From: Flaccisagitta enflata
Lineage: Eukaryota
Assembly (NCBI GenBank): GCA_965153355.1
Contig: OZ231126.1
Span: 30,256,001-30,320,000 of the forward strand
Length of the DNA: 64,000 nucleotides
Reading direction: 5' to 3'
Shown here piece after piece: positions 60,224 to 64,000 of the stretch (the stretch's first letter is position 1; each line of letters opens with the position of its first letter). The translations under genes were made by a program, and so were the position numbers. Below the pieces are notes generated by a model. That model worked only from the letters and a program-made list of their open reading frames with translations. It had not been told where the DNA came from and ran no database searches.

Positions 60224-61845
60224 CAGTAGATGTCGTCTATACTTGAAATACATGGCCCCCATATCCTAAATACCATTTGTGCAAATGAAAGAAACTGTGT
60301 GTGCATAATGCTTATGTCCTGTAGGGTTGACAATGGGGTATGGCAGCTCTTAGGATAGAAAATTCTCTTGAATACACTAAATCAAATTCATTCTACTCCA
60401 ACTCTTGTTGGAAGTAGTCTAGTGGTTAACTCGCTTGACTTCAGACTTATCAAGATCAGTTTTTTTAAAGGTTCCAGGTTCGAATCGCAGTCTGGTTTTG
60501 CAATTCAAGCAACTTGTTCTAATTGTCTTGTTTCATTTTTGCAAATTGTTTACATTTGCCAAATTTTCCCCTGAATTCTAAAATCTTTTTTCTTCTTTCC
60601 CATTAACCATCAGGATTGTCATCAAAGGCCGCACGGTCAGGAAACAACGACTGCAACATGAAAATTGGGCATCGTTCCGTTGGTGCCCTCAAAACCACAC
60701 TTCAAACAATCCAGGAAAGTTTATTTTCATCTATATGGTATAAAGAAAACGCGTTTAAAAAAATCATGCATTCATTGCCACCGGATTAGAGTGAAATCTG
60801 ATCCAACAGGCAATGGCCACAACTGGTGACCTTTGGTCATCGCCTTAAAAACCCTTGCGTAACCCCCTTTCTCTGGGGTAGCAACAAACTTCCTCTTTTA
60901 ACTGCTCTTGAAACAAACGGAGAAACCATATGGTTAGATGTGTCTGTTGAATCATTTCAAAAAAAGGCATAATTGAATGTGTATGCCCTTGATCGCTATT
61001 GGTCTGCTAAAACTTGTAAACGTGTTAAATTAGGTTTTATGTATCTTATCAATTTGCGAATGGGGCTCATTTGAGTGGATTGAGAAGCAAGCCCTAAGTT
61101 GATTCAGTCAAATAAGTGGAAGTATCCACTCTGTTACGCGTTCAAATATGTCATCTGTACTTATATTTCCCTCTCCTAGATTTCTTCTTCCGCCTACCGC
61201 GCAGCATCATTTGACATGGGGGCCGTTTACGTTATCCTGCAACTCTTAGGCGGACGGGAAATCAGAACCGGGAAAATTAGCGTTAAACAACAACCTCAAC
61301 AGCAACTCAGACTCAACAACAAACGTAACAACAAACTCAACAACAATAACAACAACAACCACAACAACAAACACAACAAACTCATCAACAAACTCAACAG
61401 CAACTAAAAACTTTCTCAAGAAGTCACAACTTCTTTCGGGTTACATAATCAACAAGCTTCCATTATCGCGCTCAATGAATGCAATTTCTGAAAATAACTC
61501 TCTCATTTGCGTATCATTGTATACTGTGTCTTATTACTGCTTTGGACCCATGGCTTATTTGTAATCCTTCCGATAAGTTTTATTGTAAATCGTCATTTCC
61601 CCCACACATGTTCGGAGAATATATTCATTTTCATTTTTTCAAATAGATGAAGCTGAAATTCTGCAAAAAAAGTGATTGATCCTACTTAAAGTTTTTTTCT
61701 TAAGGTAAGCTGTAGAGGGATGCCATACCCCATCGTCAACCCCTAAGGGTCTATACATTACACTAGCAAAATATCAGTCCTCTCACTATATTGATAGTCA
61801 GGTTATGAGCTCCCCCGAATTTCCTTGTATAGACGACATCTACTA
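60224..61845. mobile_element. TIR-bounded element with second inner inverted pair (60322-61745)
   Basis: AGTAGATGTCGTCTATAC / GTATAGACGACATCTACT outer pair; GGGTTGACAATGGGGTATGGCA / TGCCATACCCCATCGTCAACCC inner pair. Confidence 0.6.
60408..60497 (+). pseudogene. tRNA-like (Pol III A/B box) sequence, likely SINE head or tRNA pseudogene
   Basis: A box TAGTCTAGTGG, B box GGTTCGAATC, CTTGA/TCAAG stem; internal T7 run and no clean acceptor stem. Confidence 0.4.
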
Positions 61846-63793
61846 TATAGGGCAGAGGGACGGATGGATGAACTGTCGGACGGACGATCAGATGGATGGA
61901 TGGACTGTCGGACAGATGCAAGTAATGCGTCGGATCAAATAACGGGGTACCTAGAGACACGTGAGGGCGACTAGAAATGACACACATATGATTAAATGTT
62001 TCTTCATGAATATGGAAGACAAAATCAAGACGTCAGAAGTAGAAAAAACATCGCCAGCTGCAATCATGAATGAAAATGCTGTTTGAGTCCCAGTACTTTT
62101 TAGTCGCGTGCACGCGACTCTAAACCTTGCCGTGCCGGTTGGCAGGTTGGTAGGTCGGTAGGTCGGTCCATAACATTTTTAAAATTATGACTTTTTAAGG
62201 TTTTTTAAGGTAATTTAAGGTACTATAGGGTATTTCAGGGTACTTTAGGGTACTTCAGGGTACTTTAGGGTACTTAAGTTATTCTAGGTACTTAAACCTA
62301 AAACCTAGGGTATTTTCAGATATTTTTGGGCACTTTTAGGTATTTTTGAGTATTCTTGGATATTTTTTGGTATTTTTAGGTATTTTTTGGGTATGTTTGG
62401 GTATTTTCGGTATTGTATTGTATCGATATATTTTTGATATCGTATCGATATTGTACCGACATTCTATCAATACATATTGCGCGGCCTTGGGGTAGGAACT
62501 CTTTTGTTTGTCATTTCCAGACGCATGCGACTGTTGCCCTCTTGGGCTTGTTTCTGGTGTACTACACTTCCTCAATTATAAGACCTGGGACTTAGAAACC
62601 TTCTTTTTTTCGTTTGTTTGCTGGTTTGTTCATTCGTTAGTTAGTTAGCCTGTTAGTTCATTCGTTTGTTCTTTGGTTCATTCATATATTTTTAGATGCG
62701 TCATCGCATCTCTATGAGAGGTTCTGTCCGTCCGTCCGTCCGTCCGTCCGTTACGCCTCTTCTGATATCACGCAGATGACGCATCGAGTTGCCCGCCTGG
62801 GCTTGTTTTCGTTTATAAATTGTTTGTTCGTTCATTTGTTTATTGATTGTAAGGTCTTTTGCTCGTTTGGTTGTTTATTCCTTAGATCGGTCATCTTTTT
62901 AAAGAGGGAAGCATTCAAAGAAACACGACTGCGTGCATCACGCAATGACGTGAGCGTGGACAGGGGCGCTGAGGTAAAATATATGCAACGGGCTTTCATG
63001 CACAAACTCCCCGTTTTTATACCCCCTTCCCCCTTCCAAAAAAACAAAATCAAAGAGGAAAAATAGCGCTGATGCTGAATGCGGATATCTCAACTTTTTT
63101 ATGCGCGTTCTCCCATATCTATAAGAGGTCATGTCTATCCATTGGTAGGTCGATCGGTCGGTCGGTTGGTCCGTCACGCTTACATTTAAACCGTTCAAAA
63201 CCGCGTCTTTCTTCTACATCTGTGACCTCACTCGCCTTCTTTCTTTCATTTTCATTCAGACATTCTTTCATTCATTCATTGACGTATTCATCAAAAACGT
63301 TCATTCATTCGAAACGTCCATTCACACGTTTAATCAGCGAGGCGCACATATTGGCCCAGTGGCCATAACATGGCCTTGTTTCTCTAGCAAGAAAGAGGAA
63401 TCAATACCCAGAGATAAGAGTCGTCGTCGTAATGAGAGAGTGAATTGAAAATCCACAACTGATGAGTGAATCAAGAGTGATATTGACAGAGATAACACGA
63501 AAATAAGATTGGAAGGGTTGAATGTGCATTGGCAAGTCATTCTGCAGATCAGAGATAGTCTGCCATGAAATCCTTTTTCTGTTTCTTTGATTCCTTCTTT
63601 AGTTCTTTTTTTTTATTATTCTTTGATTATTTTTTTGATTCTGTCTTTGATTCTTCGTTCCTTTTCTTTTCTTTTTTGATATTTGTTTCTGTGATGCTTG
63701 ATTTGAATTTTTTCTTCTGTTTTTACCTCTCGTTGTTTCTTGGTATATTGCTTTCTTTCTTTCTTTTATTCTTTCTTTCTTTCTTTCTGTTTT

Positions 63794-63885
<92 letters not shown>

Positions 63886-64000
63886 TTCTTTCTTTCTACT
63901 CTTTTTTCCAGACTTAATTCAATAGAAACGGAAACCAATATTTGCGATTTTTCCTTTTGCTTTGCATTCTTGTTTTTCTTTTGCGTTTGCTTTCAGGTTT

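Overview
Repeat-dense, intron-rich eukaryotic (invertebrate animal-type) genomic DNA. Host genes: (1) the last four exons of an ISWI/SMARCA5 chromatin remodeller (+, 7673-9426); (2) an uncharacterised multi-exon gene with 2-oxoglutarate/Fe(II)-dioxygenase-like motifs (+, 11604-18423); (3) the last seven exons of a TANC/rolling-pebbles-like TPR gene (-, 20158-24758); (4) a two-exon, N-myristoylation-motif, low-complexity coding unit (-, 52513-58609), either nested in the TANC intron or an alternative TANC N-terminus. Mobile DNA: a 5.5-kb DIRS-like element with decayed RT/recombinase remnants but near-intact terminal repeats and a 5'-placed internal complementary region (2061-7604); an intact RTE-type LINE with a 2A-like motif, four C-terminal zinc fingers and a 27-bp target duplication (35342-39405); many Helentron/DINE-like short elements; hAT-, Tc1/mariner-, Chapaev- and piggyBac-like MITEs, often nested; and abundant micro- and minisatellites. 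Most short ORFs in the track are microsatellite artefacts. All family assignments rest on motifs read by eye; no searches were run.
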